Part shown: piece after piece, positions 17,771 through 26,872 of the stretch
Position numbering within the stretch: position 1 is the first letter of the stretch
Layout of the letters: each line of letters starts with the position of its first letter
Assembly (NCBI GenBank): GCA_031263155.1
Contig: JAISGK010000102.1
Location: forward strand, 7,028 to 71,027
Length of the DNA stretch: 64,000 bases
Direction: 5' to 3'
DNA from: Clostridiales bacterium
GTDB lineage: Bacteria > Bacillota > Clostridia > Lachnospirales > WQUN01
The notes under the pieces: generated by a model
What the model saw: only the letters and a program-made list of their open reading frames with translations
Told to the model about the DNA's origin: nothing
The model's database searches: none
Made by a program: the position numbers and the translations under genes

Positions 17771-18777
17771 GTAATCCCCCCACTATACCATTGTGCGAAA
17801 TGGCGGCTCACAATCTCCGCGCCACTGTAGTTCAGGTGGGCGTCGTCGCGGAAGTTATCGTTTGTGAACAGCCCCTCATCACGATTTAGCGCGTTATAGT
17901 CCAGGTATGGTATTTGCCGTTGAGTTGCGAATTCTTTAACCACGCGATTAATATCATCGTAATTGGATATGAGGTTCATTGACACGGGGGCTATCGGGGC
18001 AGTCACAAAGATTAAATCGACGCCTTTATTTTCGCACAGTTTCCATATTTTATCCAAATATCCCAACTGCACCGGCGAAAATTCAAACGCCGCCCCATCC
18101 AGCCGGGCAAATTGATTGGTTTTATCATATTCATCAGGCAGCATGTTATAGTCGCACCACATAAAGCCGCGATAATCATAACGTTCCGTGCCTTGTTGAC
18201 TGCCAAACTCCCTCTCCCAACCATATCGTTCTAAAAAATTCAGCAGTTTCGTGTTATAATACGTTAAAAAATCCAGTTGATAGCGAATCAACCCAAACCT
18301 GTATTTTATCTTCTCGTTCCATGGAAATATCTCATCTATATACGCTCGGCGCAGACTGTCGTCATCGAACGCGGTGAGAAGCGTATCGGCCTGCTTTACG
18401 TCAAAGTCTTGCCCCAGCACTCCCCAATACACATCCACAACGACCGTGTTTGGACGCTGCGTTTTTAGCGCCTCTACAAGCGTAAAATAGGTAGAGTCCG
18501 CATACTGCAACGGCATGCCAAAGTTGAAACTCTCCGTATTTAGCATGTCGTCTATCAATTCGGGCGCGAATGTACAGTATACGTGCGAAGAGCCAAGAAA
18601 GAGCATGTTTAGCGTATTGTCAGGCAACGAGCGGAAATCTGACACGCGCTGTCTGTTCCACGTGTTAATGTGGTTTTGTGTGGACGAATAGGTGTATTCA
18701 TTGCGTAGGAATAGATATGCGGGTATCACGATGCCGACAAGCGCCAGCACTTTTAGAACGTAGCTTAATATTCTCAT
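17767..18777 (-). CDS. Membrane-anchored SGNH/AlgX-AlgJ/DltD-like O-acyltransferase partner
   Basis: N-terminal TM helix and a C-terminal RDDAHLNYSGAEIV (D-x-H motif of AlgJ/AlgX/PatB-type proteins). It lies immediately downstream of the MBOAT gene. Confidence 0.6.
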   Translation of the reverse strand: MRILSYVLKVLALVGIVIPAYLFLRNEYTYSSTQNHINTWNRQRVSDFRSLPDNTLNMLFLGSSHVYCTFAPELIDDMLNTESFNFGMPLQYADSTYFTLVEALKTQRPNTVVVDVYWGVLGQDFDVKQADTLLTAFDDDSLRRAYIDEIFPWNEKIKYRFGLIRYQLDFLTYYNTKLLNFLERYGWEREFGSQQGTERYDYRGFMWCDYNMLPDEYDKTNQFARLDGAAFEFSPVQLGYLDKIWKLCENKGVDLIFVTAPIAPVSMNLISNYDDINRVVKEFATQRQIPYLDYNALNRDEGLFTNDNFRDDAHLNYSGAEIVSRHFAQWYSGGIT

Positions 18778-18821
18778 ATGCGCCTCAAGTCTTTCAAGTC
18801 TCTAAACGTGCGTTTAGACCT

Positions 18822-20264
18822 CTAAAATTGAAAATAAATAAAATCCCCGGCTGAATAAAACTTTGCCAGAGCCATTATCATTATCAAAAGAACAGAGTAT
18901 ACAACCACTCTTATTAGCGAGGGCATTTTACCCACGCGCGCTATAAAATCCGTTTGCCAGGCAATCAAATCAATCGCCGCGATCGCCGCGCACAACATGA
19001 TATTTATAAGTATGTCCAGCAGATTTGAAGACATCGACGAAAGTACATCCAACACATACCGCCAGTCGCCCCATCGCGCCGAATCGCTGGTAAGGTGTGT
19101 GAGAATGAGTATGGCGTCGGAAACGTTATTGGCGCGAAAGAAGATCCATGTAACACAAACCAGCACAAAGGTTATGGCAATGGCTAAAGGCGTTAAAACT
19201 TTCGGCACATGGCGCGTTTTTGCGAATAGCGCGTCCTCCGCTACCTGCAACGCGCCGTGCATCCCGCCCCACACAACAAATGTCCAGTTCGCGCCATGCC
19301 ACAGGCCACTTGCCAAAAAGGTAATCATTATATTGGCGTATCGCTTCACCCTGCTCACCCGCCCGCCCCCCAGCGGGATATATATATAGTCTCTTAGCCA
19401 CGACGATAAAGTGATGTGCCATCTGCGCCAAAACTCACGAATACCCGCGCTAAGGTAGGGCTGGCGGAAATTTTGCGTAAGGTCAACGCCCAGCAGCTTG
19501 GCGCTGCCTATGGCAATGTCCGAATATCCCGAAAAGTCGCAATATATCTGTACGGCAAAAAAAAGCGTCGCGACCACATACGCCAAGCCGGTAAAGGAGT
19601 CCGGGCGGTTGTAAACGGCGTTAACGCAATCGGCGAGCCTGTCGGCGACAACAGCCTTTTTAAAAAAGCCCAGCAGCAGAAATTTAGCGCCCGCGCCAAG
19701 ATTATCCAGGCGCGGTTTTATACTATGGTCCAATAACTGATCCATCAGCTTGTCGGCGCGCTCTATGGGCCCCGCAACCAACTGAGGAAAAAACATGATA
19801 AACAGCAGCACATTGATAAAACTTATCTGCGCCGCGTACTTTTCGCGGTAGACATCTATAGTGTACGCGGCGGCTTGGAATGTGTAAAACGATATGCCCA
19901 TGGGCAAGAGAATATCAAACGCCGGGCGGGAGATCTCCGCCCCTGCCCATCGCGCCACGGCGACAATAGAATCGGTAAAAAAACCAAAATATTTGAATAT
20001 GAACAGAAGCGCGAAATTTATTGCCATACAGACGGCGAGAACAAGTTTGCGGCGATGGTTTGCCGCTAACAAACGCGCCGCGACATAATTAACCCCCACA
20101 GTCGCGACTATCAGCAACACGAGTTCCGCCCGCCACGCCATATAAAACGCCAAGCTCGCGCACAGCAGGGTGTACCTGCGAATCTTGGGCAGTATATAGT
20201 ATATCAGCGCCACTACAGGCAGAAATATAAGGTATGTTAATGAATTAAAGACCATTTGCGCCAC
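18822..20264 (-). CDS. MBOAT-family membrane O-acyltransferase (AlgI/DltB/PatA-like)
   Basis: 480 aa, polytopic. WRRWHITLSSWLRDYIYIPLGG and ASGLWHGA contain the conserved MBOAT histidine. Confidence 0.9.
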   Translation of the reverse strand: MAQMVFNSLTYLIFLPVVALIYYILPKIRRYTLLCASLAFYMAWRAELVLLIVATVGVNYVAARLLAANHRRKLVLAVCMAINFALLFIFKYFGFFTDSIVAVARWAGAEISRPAFDILLPMGISFYTFQAAAYTIDVYREKYAAQISFINVLLFIMFFPQLVAGPIERADKLMDQLLDHSIKPRLDNLGAGAKFLLLGFFKKAVVADRLADCVNAVYNRPDSFTGLAYVVATLFFAVQIYCDFSGYSDIAIGSAKLLGVDLTQNFRQPYLSAGIREFWRRWHITLSSWLRDYIYIPLGGGRVSRVKRYANIMITFLASGLWHGANWTFVVWGGMHGALQVAEDALFAKTRHVPKVLTPLAIAITFVLVCVTWIFFRANNVSDAILILTHLTSDSARWGDWRYVLDVLSSMSSNLLDILINIMLCAAIAAIDLIAWQTDFIARVGKMPSLIRVVVYSVLLIMIMALAKFYSAGDFIYFQF

Positions 20265-20297
20265 CTGTTCCCGCGTCTTGTGTCTCGCTTCGGTGTT

Positions 20298-21509
20298 TTA
20301 TGATTTCTTGCTGTGCCGCGAGATATTTAGCAGCACTCCTACCAAAAACAATGTTACCATCAAAGATGTGCCGCCATAACTTATAAAGGGTAACGGCACT
20401 CCTGTATTAGGCATGCTGTTTGTCACCACTGCCACGTTTAACACAACCTGCGCGGATATAAGAATCATTATGCCCGCAGCCACAAGGCTGCCAAACATGT
20501 CTGTCGCGTTCATGGCTATCTTAAGCCCGCGCCATATAAGTACGCCGAACAGCGCCAGAACCAGCGCGCCGCCGATAAACCCCAATTCTTCACAGATGAT
20601 AGAAAAAATAATGTCATTGTGCGCTTCGGGCACGAAGGTTTTTTGTCTGCTGTTGCCAACGCCCAGTCCAAACATTCCGCCCGACGCTATAGCGTACAGC
20701 GACTGGATTACTTGAAAACCGTCTCCCGTTGGGTCACTAAACGGATTAATCCACGCCTCAATACGGCCAATGCGAAAGTTCTCGGCGGACGACATTGCCG
20801 TGTACAAAAAATAGCCAGCCAGCCCTGCCACGCCCCCTGCTATAACCACCACAAAACGCATTACATACGGGCACGCGATAAATATGACGCCCATTCCCAC
20901 CAGCGTTACCACTATAGCCATGCTTAAGCTGTTTCCCAGCATAACCAGCCCGGCGGTCACTCCAACCACAGCGCACGCCAGTATAAACGTGGGCCATTTA
21001 AGCAGCATCTTGGGGTTTTGCGAAATGAGAAACGACATATAAAATATAACCCCCGCCTTGGCCATCTCAGACGGTTGAAACTGACCGATAATCGGAACGG
21101 GTATCCATCGCTGCGCTCCATGCGACGATATGCCTATTAGGGCCGCTACAACCAACAGCGCGTTGGCTGCCAGGTATATAATAAAAGCCATGCTGCGAAA
21201 ATATCTGTACGATATATTCATTGTAACCAACATAACGGCGGTTCCCGACAAAAAAAATAATCCCTGGCGCTTTAAATAATAGTACGCGTCATTTTGGCTG
21301 GCCGCAGCCGTCATGTATGACGACGTGAAAACCATTACAACGCCGATAACACAAAGCATAAGCACGATTATAAGGAGTGTGTAGTCTGGAGCGCCCACAC
21401 GAACGATCTCGCCCCGCCCTTTGATCTCCTGCTTGTTTAAAAACTGCGGGCGTAAAACCCTTGCCCCCTCCATTGAAACTCTCCCTCCATTTGAAGCTCT
21501 ACTCTTCAT
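20298..21509 (-). CDS. ftsW: SEDS-family peptidoglycan polymerase FtsW/SpoVE
   Basis: Polytopic FtsW/RodA family pattern (…GAQRWI…QPSE.AK…PEAHNDIIFS…). It sits after murD in the dcw block. The exact start is uncertain. Confidence 0.88.
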   Translation of the reverse strand: MKSRASNGGRVSMEGARVLRPQFLNKQEIKGRGEIVRVGAPDYTLLIIVLMLCVIGVVMVFTSSYMTAAASQNDAYYYLKRQGLFFLSGTAVMLVTMNISYRYFRSMAFIIYLAANALLVVAALIGISSHGAQRWIPVPIIGQFQPSEMAKAGVIFYMSFLISQNPKMLLKWPTFILACAVVGVTAGLVMLGNSLSMAIVVTLVGMGVIFIACPYVMRFVVVIAGGVAGLAGYFLYTAMSSAENFRIGRIEAWINPFSDPTGDGFQVIQSLYAIASGGMFGLGVGNSRQKTFVPEAHNDIIFSIICEELGFIGGALVLALFGVLIWRGLKIAMNATDMFGSLVAAGIMILISAQVVLNVAVVTNSMPNTGVPLPFISYGGTSLMVTLFLVGVLLNISRHSKKS

Positions 21510-21538
21510 TAACGACTACGACACGCGGATTTTGAAAT

Positions 21539-22906
21539 TTATAGCTTGAATACGTAATCCTTAAACATATTGCCGCGCTGTTCGTAATTATCAAACATAT
21601 CCCAGCTCGCACACGCGGGAGAAAGCAACACGCAGTCGCCGCGCCGCGCCGCGCCGCTGGCAGCGTAAACGGCGTCTTTTAGCGTGTTAACCCGCTGTAT
21701 GTTTTCAAAACCATACGCATGGCATGTTTCCGCAATTTGATCCGCCGTCTCGCCCAGCACTATAAGTTCTTTTACCCTGTCTTTAAACGCCGTTACCCAT
21801 TCGCTAAAGTCGGCGCGCTTGTCATAGCCTCCTCCGATAAGCACTACGGGCCATTTCATCGCCTCCAAGGCTTTTACCGCCGAGTCGATGTTGGTACCCT
21901 TGCTGTCGTTGTAGTAACGCACCCCGTTAAGCTCGCGCACAAACTCTATTCTGTGCTCCACAGCCTTAAAGCGTTCCAACGCCGCGCGCAGGGTCTCTAC
22001 CGGTACGCCAGCGCATATGGCGGCTGCGGAAGCCGCCAGCGCGTTCTCTATATTGTGATTGCCAATGATATTCATGCGGTTAGCATTAACAATGTCAAAC
22101 TCCCGCCCATTAAATCGCGCGTGCAAATTGCCGGCTTTAAGAAAAAAGCCCTCGTATAGCGGCTCGCACCTGCTAAAAAACACATGCCTGGCGCGTGAAC
22201 GCATTTTTCTGCACAATAGGTCGTCGTAGTTTAAAATGATAAAATCGCCCGGCATCTGATATTTACCAACGCTCTCTTTTATCAAGGCGTAGCGCTCCAT
22301 GGTTTTATGCCTGTCTAGGTGGTCTGGCGTTACATTAAGCACCGCCGATATTTTGGGCCTAAATGTCTGTATAGTCTCAAGCTGAAAGCTCGATATCTCA
22401 GCCACAACCCACGAATCCGCCGTCACGCGCCCCACACGCTCCGCAAAGGGCGTGCCTATGTTGCCCACTACCGCTGTATCGTGGTTGTGGGCTTCCATTA
22501 TTTCTCCAATTAGGGCGGTGGTGGTGGTTTTACCATTTGTTCCCGTCACCGCCGTGATAGGGCAAGGGCAAAACCGATAGGCCAGCTCCATCTCTCCCCA
22601 TACGGGAACCCCCAAATCCTTTGCCTTTTCCACAAATGGAAGGTCAGTCGATATGCCTGGGCTTAACACCACAAGGTCAAAGTCCGCTATAATATCGTCT
22701 GGATTTTTTCCCAAATACAGTGTAATGCCATCCGCCTCCAAGGCCGATGCGTTATCTATCTTATCCGCCGGTTTCAAATCCTGGCAGGTTACATCGCAGC
22801 CATGGTCTTTGAGCAATCGCGCCGCCGCGATGCCGCTCCTGGCCATGCCGCTTACCAGAACCCTTTTATAATTGTCACTAAACAAAATCTTTCCTCCGCA
22901 CAACAC
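21539..22906 (-). CDS. murD: UDP-N-acetylmuramoylalanine--D-glutamate ligase
   Basis: Mur ligase P-loop VTGTNGKTTT, an N-terminal Rossmann domain, and dcw position. Confidence 0.92.
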   Translation of the reverse strand: MLCGGKILFSDNYKRVLVSGMARSGIAAARLLKDHGCDVTCQDLKPADKIDNASALEADGITLYLGKNPDDIIADFDLVVLSPGISTDLPFVEKAKDLGVPVWGEMELAYRFCPCPITAVTGTNGKTTTTALIGEIMEAHNHDTAVVGNIGTPFAERVGRVTADSWVVAEISSFQLETIQTFRPKISAVLNVTPDHLDRHKTMERYALIKESVGKYQMPGDFIILNYDDLLCRKMRSRARHVFFSRCEPLYEGFFLKAGNLHARFNGREFDIVNANRMNIIGNHNIENALAASAAAICAGVPVETLRAALERFKAVEHRIEFVRELNGVRYYNDSKGTNIDSAVKALEAMKWPVVLIGGGYDKRADFSEWVTAFKDRVKELIVLGETADQIAETCHAYGFENIQRVNTLKDAVYAASGAARRGDCVLLSPACASWDMFDNYEQRGNMFKDYVFKL

Positions 22907-22916
22907 ACGCTATAAA

Positions 22917-23885
22917 TCACACCACCCCAAGGTACCCTATGAGGCAAAGAATGGCGGTTACCACATAAAACAATGACACGATCTTGGTTTCTGTCCAACC
23001 TGAAAGCTCAAATGTATGATGAATGGGGGCCATTTTAAAAAATCGCCTGTGCGTTAGTTTAAAATATCCTACCTGGATGATGACCGAAAGCACTTCCACA
23101 AGATATACCAACGCAACTATGAGTATAAACAGGGGCATACCCAGCAACAACGATATTGCCGCCACAAATCCGCCCAACGCCAGCGAGCCCGTATCGCCCA
23201 TAAATATTTTGGCGGGGTGCGAGTTAAACAGAAGAAAACCCAGCAAACTGCCCGCCGCCGCGCCGGCCAGCGGCATTACTGCACTATTAAACGCCCATGC
23301 GGCAAACAGAAAGAAAGCCACTATAAGCACGGTAACGCCCGATGCCAATCCATCCAGCCCGTCGGTAAAGTTAGCACCATTAACAGTCCCCAAAATCACC
23401 AGAAACGCCAGTGGAATATACCACACATCCAAATCAGCGTTTTTCAAAAAAGGAACATATACCTCTGTCAGCCCCAGCGCGCCAGGTTGACGCATGCATA
23501 ATAGATAATAGACAAACGCGGCGGTTATGACCATCTGCCCCAGCATTTTTTGCCAGGCGCGCAAACCCAGGGAGCGTTTTTTTACCACCTTTATATAGTC
23601 GTCCGCAAAGCCTACCAAGCCAAACCCGATTGTCACAAGCAGCAGTACCGTGCCGTCCGGGTTGTTTTTTACAAAAAACACAGCTGAGGCTACAAACGCG
23701 ATTATTATAATTATGCCGCCCATGGTGGGCGTACCTGCTTTTTTAAGGTGCGACTTTGGCCCATCGTCACGTTCGTATGAGCCGAATTTTAGCTTCATCA
23801 GATAAGGTATCAGCGCGGGGCACAGTATAACACTGACAATGAACGCGCCCAGCGCGGCATATACCGCAAGTGTAAAGTCTTGCAT
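22917..23885 (-). CDS. mraY: Phospho-N-acetylmuramoyl-pentapeptide transferase
   Basis: KxGTPTMGG, NxTDGLDGL and HHxFE motifs (GTPTMGGIIII, NFTDGLDGLA, PIHHTFEL). Confidence 0.95.
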   Translation of the reverse strand: MQDFTLAVYAALGAFIVSVILCPALIPYLMKLKFGSYERDDGPKSHLKKAGTPTMGGIIIIIAFVASAVFFVKNNPDGTVLLLVTIGFGLVGFADDYIKVVKKRSLGLRAWQKMLGQMVITAAFVYYLLCMRQPGALGLTEVYVPFLKNADLDVWYIPLAFLVILGTVNGANFTDGLDGLASGVTVLIVAFFLFAAWAFNSAVMPLAGAAAGSLLGFLLFNSHPAKIFMGDTGSLALGGFVAAISLLLGMPLFILIVALVYLVEVLSVIIQVGYFKLTHRRFFKMAPIHHTFELSGWTETKIVSLFYVVTAILCLIGYLGVV

Positions 23886-25354
23886 CAGCTCATCTCCTTC
23901 ACTTTTGCAACAGTCGTTTCCAGTTGCATACCGCGAGACGCTTTTATCAGGATAATATCTCCCTGCTGAAGAAATTCCTCAAACTTTGGAAGAGCGTCCT
24001 CCGCCTCCTCTTTTGCGGCGAATGAAAGCGAATGGCCGCCGTTATCTTTATTATTATTTATAAATCCCTGGCGGATAAAATCTGCGGCCTTGCCGATAGT
24101 TATCAAATAGTCAATGCCCAGCTCCGCCGCGTGCCTGCCAATTTGCTCATGATGCGCCTGAGAAAACTCGCCCAGCTCAAACATGTCTCCCAAAATGGCG
24201 ATCGTTTGTGGCTTGCGGCCCGCGACGCTATTATAGCTTGCCATTTGCGACAGCACATCCAGCGCGGCAATCATAGACTGGGGGTTGGCGTTGTACACGT
24301 CATTTATTATCGTAAACCTATCAGTGCGGATAAATTCCATACGATTTTTCGACAATGGAAAAGATCTCAGCCCTTCCTGTATACACTCGCCGCTCAAGCC
24401 AAGCGCAAAACCGACCGCCGCCGCCGCAAGGGCGTTAAGCACGTTATGCTCCCCCGGCAACGGCACAAACAGCTCATGTACAATGACATCCTTATACACT
24501 ACGTCAAACCTCTGCCCATCGCCGGACATTTTTATGTTGATGGCGCGCATGTCTCCGTTGTGAATACCGTATGATATGTTATTCGTGCCTGTCGAAACAA
24601 TTTTGCCCAGCATATCGTCGTCAGCATTAAGGATTACGGCGCCTCCTCGCCGCATATGCTCAAATATTTCGCACTTGGCTCGCAGGATGTTTTCGCGGCT
24701 GCCAAGAAATTCCATGTGCGCCGTGCCAATGTTGGTTATCACACACACATGCGGTTTAATTATTTTACTTAAATTTCGGATCTCACCCAGGTGGTTCATG
24801 CCCATTTCAAAAACAGCCGCTTCATGAGTGTCATTGAGCCTTAGGGCCATTAGTGGCAGCCCGATCTCGTTATTAAGATTTCCATCTGTTTTAAGGGTTA
24901 CAAATCGTTGGCTCAATACAGAGGCTATCATATCTTTTGTTGTCGTTTTGCCGGCGCTGCCCGTAATCGCCACTGCGGGTATGTCAAACCTGGCGCGATG
25001 CCACTCGGCCAAGTCGCGCAGCGCCTGGTATGTGGATTCCACATGAATTATCACGCACGGATCGCCTTGCATACCAGATTTCGCGACGGATTTTGCCGCT
25101 GATAAAATATCCGCCGCGCATACATCACGCCGCTCGGTCAAAACAGCAGCCGCGCCTTTCTCTATCGCCGCGCCTATATAATCGTGGCCGTCAAATTTGG
25201 GGCCCTTTAACGGCACAAACAACTTGCCGCCCATATCCTCGCGGCTGTCGGTGCTTACGCCCAATATACGCCGGCGCAACGCCGTATTTTCAACATCAAC
25301 ACTCTCAACTGTCCCCCGCACGGCGATCAAAACGTCACGTATCTCTATGTTCAC
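23885..25354 (-). CDS. murF: UDP-MurNAc-tripeptide--D-Ala-D-Ala ligase
   Basis: Mur ligase P-loop ITGSAGKTTTK. It shares 1 nt with mraY and 4 nt with murE. Confidence 0.9.
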   Translation of the reverse strand: MNIEIRDVLIAVRGTVESVDVENTALRRRILGVSTDSREDMGGKLFVPLKGPKFDGHDYIGAAIEKGAAAVLTERRDVCAADILSAAKSVAKSGMQGDPCVIIHVESTYQALRDLAEWHRARFDIPAVAITGSAGKTTTKDMIASVLSQRFVTLKTDGNLNNEIGLPLMALRLNDTHEAAVFEMGMNHLGEIRNLSKIIKPHVCVITNIGTAHMEFLGSRENILRAKCEIFEHMRRGGAVILNADDDMLGKIVSTGTNNISYGIHNGDMRAINIKMSGDGQRFDVVYKDVIVHELFVPLPGEHNVLNALAAAAVGFALGLSGECIQEGLRSFPLSKNRMEFIRTDRFTIINDVYNANPQSMIAALDVLSQMASYNSVAGRKPQTIAILGDMFELGEFSQAHHEQIGRHAAELGIDYLITIGKAADFIRQGFINNNKDNGGHSLSFAAKEEAEDALPKFEEFLQQGDIILIKASRGMQLETTVAKVKEMS

Positions 25355-26820
25355 AGCGCCTCCAGCGCTTCTTGCGCAACCTCCAAATCATCAAAGTGTA
25401 TGGTGGCCTCGCCTATTATTTGATAATTCTCATGCCCCTTGCCCGCTATAATCAGCGTATCAGTCGGCTCAGCCAGTTTAACGGCGCGGAATATGGCCTC
25501 TCGCCGGTCAGATATGGTTTCGTGCGGGCAATTTGTTTCTTTTATGCCGCCCTCTATCGCGGCTATGATATCCATCGGGTTTTCTGTTCTTGGGTTATCG
25601 GAGGTAACAATACAAAAGTCTGCCAGCTCTCCCGCTATTTTGCCCATCATAGGCCGCTTTAGCGCGTCTCTGTCGCCTCCGCAGCCAAACACGACCATAA
25701 CGCGGCCTTTGGTAAATTCGCGCACAGCGTTGATAATGTTCACCAGCGAATCGGGGGAGTGGGCGTAGTCTACTATCACATGTCGGCCCTTGTCATTGGG
25801 AACGTCTTGAATACGGCCCGGCACGCCCTTGATCACGGCAAGGCCCTGCTTAATCACCTCAACAGGTATGCCCATGATCAACGCCGCGCCGATAACGCCC
25901 AAAGCATTGTATACGGTGAAGCGGCCCTTTATGGGTACAAAGAAGTTTTCTGTACACCCGTTTATCTCTACGCAAAACGATACGCCGTTTTCGGGGTAGT
26001 TAATATTAATGGCGCGAAGCTCGCTGGGTCTTTCGATGCTAAATGTAGTAAACGTACACGCGCTTTGGGCGCGTTTATGAATTTTTATTATCTCAAGCCC
26101 CGCGTCGCTGTCGGCATTTATAACGCCCTGCCTGCACTGCTTAAACATCTTGCTTTTTGCCCGCATATAGTCTTCCATCGTCTTATGAAAATCCAAATGA
26201 TCCTGCGTGAGGTTGGTAAACAGGCCGATGTTAAACATCATGCCCTCCACTTTATCAAACGACAGCGCTTGGGACGAAACCTCCATTACCACGTCGTTTA
26301 CGTGATCGTCGCGCATTACAGACAAAATATGCTGCAACTCAACGGGGTCTGGGGTGGTGCTCGTATCATAGTGTATATTGAGCGGGACCCCCGCCACCTT
26401 TGCACCCAGCGTGCCAATAACGCCAACGCGATGCCGATAGTGCGCCAGCACATTTTCCATAAGGTAGGTAGATGTGGTTTTGCCTTTTGTGCCCGTAATA
26501 CCCACAAGGTTAAAGCTGTCGGCAGGGTAATTAAAAAACGCTTCCGCGCACAGCGCGAGGGCGGCGCGCGTGTTGTCCGTTTGCGCTATAGTAATGTTAT
26601 CGGGCGGGTTGGTAATCGCTTCCTGCGCAAGAACAGCCGCCGCCCCCGCGTTGGCCGCCTGCTTTACATATTGGTGCCCGTCGCTCTTTAAACCCTTAAG
26701 GCAAACAAAAAGCGAACCATATTTTACTTTGCGTGAATCAATAACAATGTCTTCGATCTCTGGGTTCTTGCCTTGCACCCATTTGCAGTTCACGTTGCGC
26801 AAAATTTCTTTAAGCAGCAT
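25351..26820 (-). CDS. murE: UDP-MurNAc-L-Ala-D-Glu--2,6-diaminopimelate (or L-Lys) ligase
   Basis: ITGTKGKTTST P-loop and a C-terminal TSDNPRTE motif. Confidence 0.9.
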   Translation of the reverse strand: MLLKEILRNVNCKWVQGKNPEIEDIVIDSRKVKYGSLFVCLKGLKSDGHQYVKQAANAGAAAVLAQEAITNPPDNITIAQTDNTRAALALCAEAFFNYPADSFNLVGITGTKGKTTSTYLMENVLAHYRHRVGVIGTLGAKVAGVPLNIHYDTSTTPDPVELQHILSVMRDDHVNDVVMEVSSQALSFDKVEGMMFNIGLFTNLTQDHLDFHKTMEDYMRAKSKMFKQCRQGVINADSDAGLEIIKIHKRAQSACTFTTFSIERPSELRAININYPENGVSFCVEINGCTENFFVPIKGRFTVYNALGVIGAALIMGIPVEVIKQGLAVIKGVPGRIQDVPNDKGRHVIVDYAHSPDSLVNIINAVREFTKGRVMVVFGCGGDRDALKRPMMGKIAGELADFCIVTSDNPRTENPMDIIAAIEGGIKETNCPHETISDRREAIFRAVKLAEPTDTLIIAGKGHENYQIIGEATIHFDDLEVAQEALEAL

Positions 26821-26872
26821 GTTGCAATACTCCTTTCACGCGTGAGGCTATCGCTCATCCTGTATCATGCAA

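Noticed and set aside
25759-26691. A 310-aa plus-strand ORF, and the 210-aa ORF at 25030-25662.
   Set aside because: Both lie entirely antisense to the well-supported murE and murF genes. They are Arg/Ala/Gly-rich shadow frames with no motifs.
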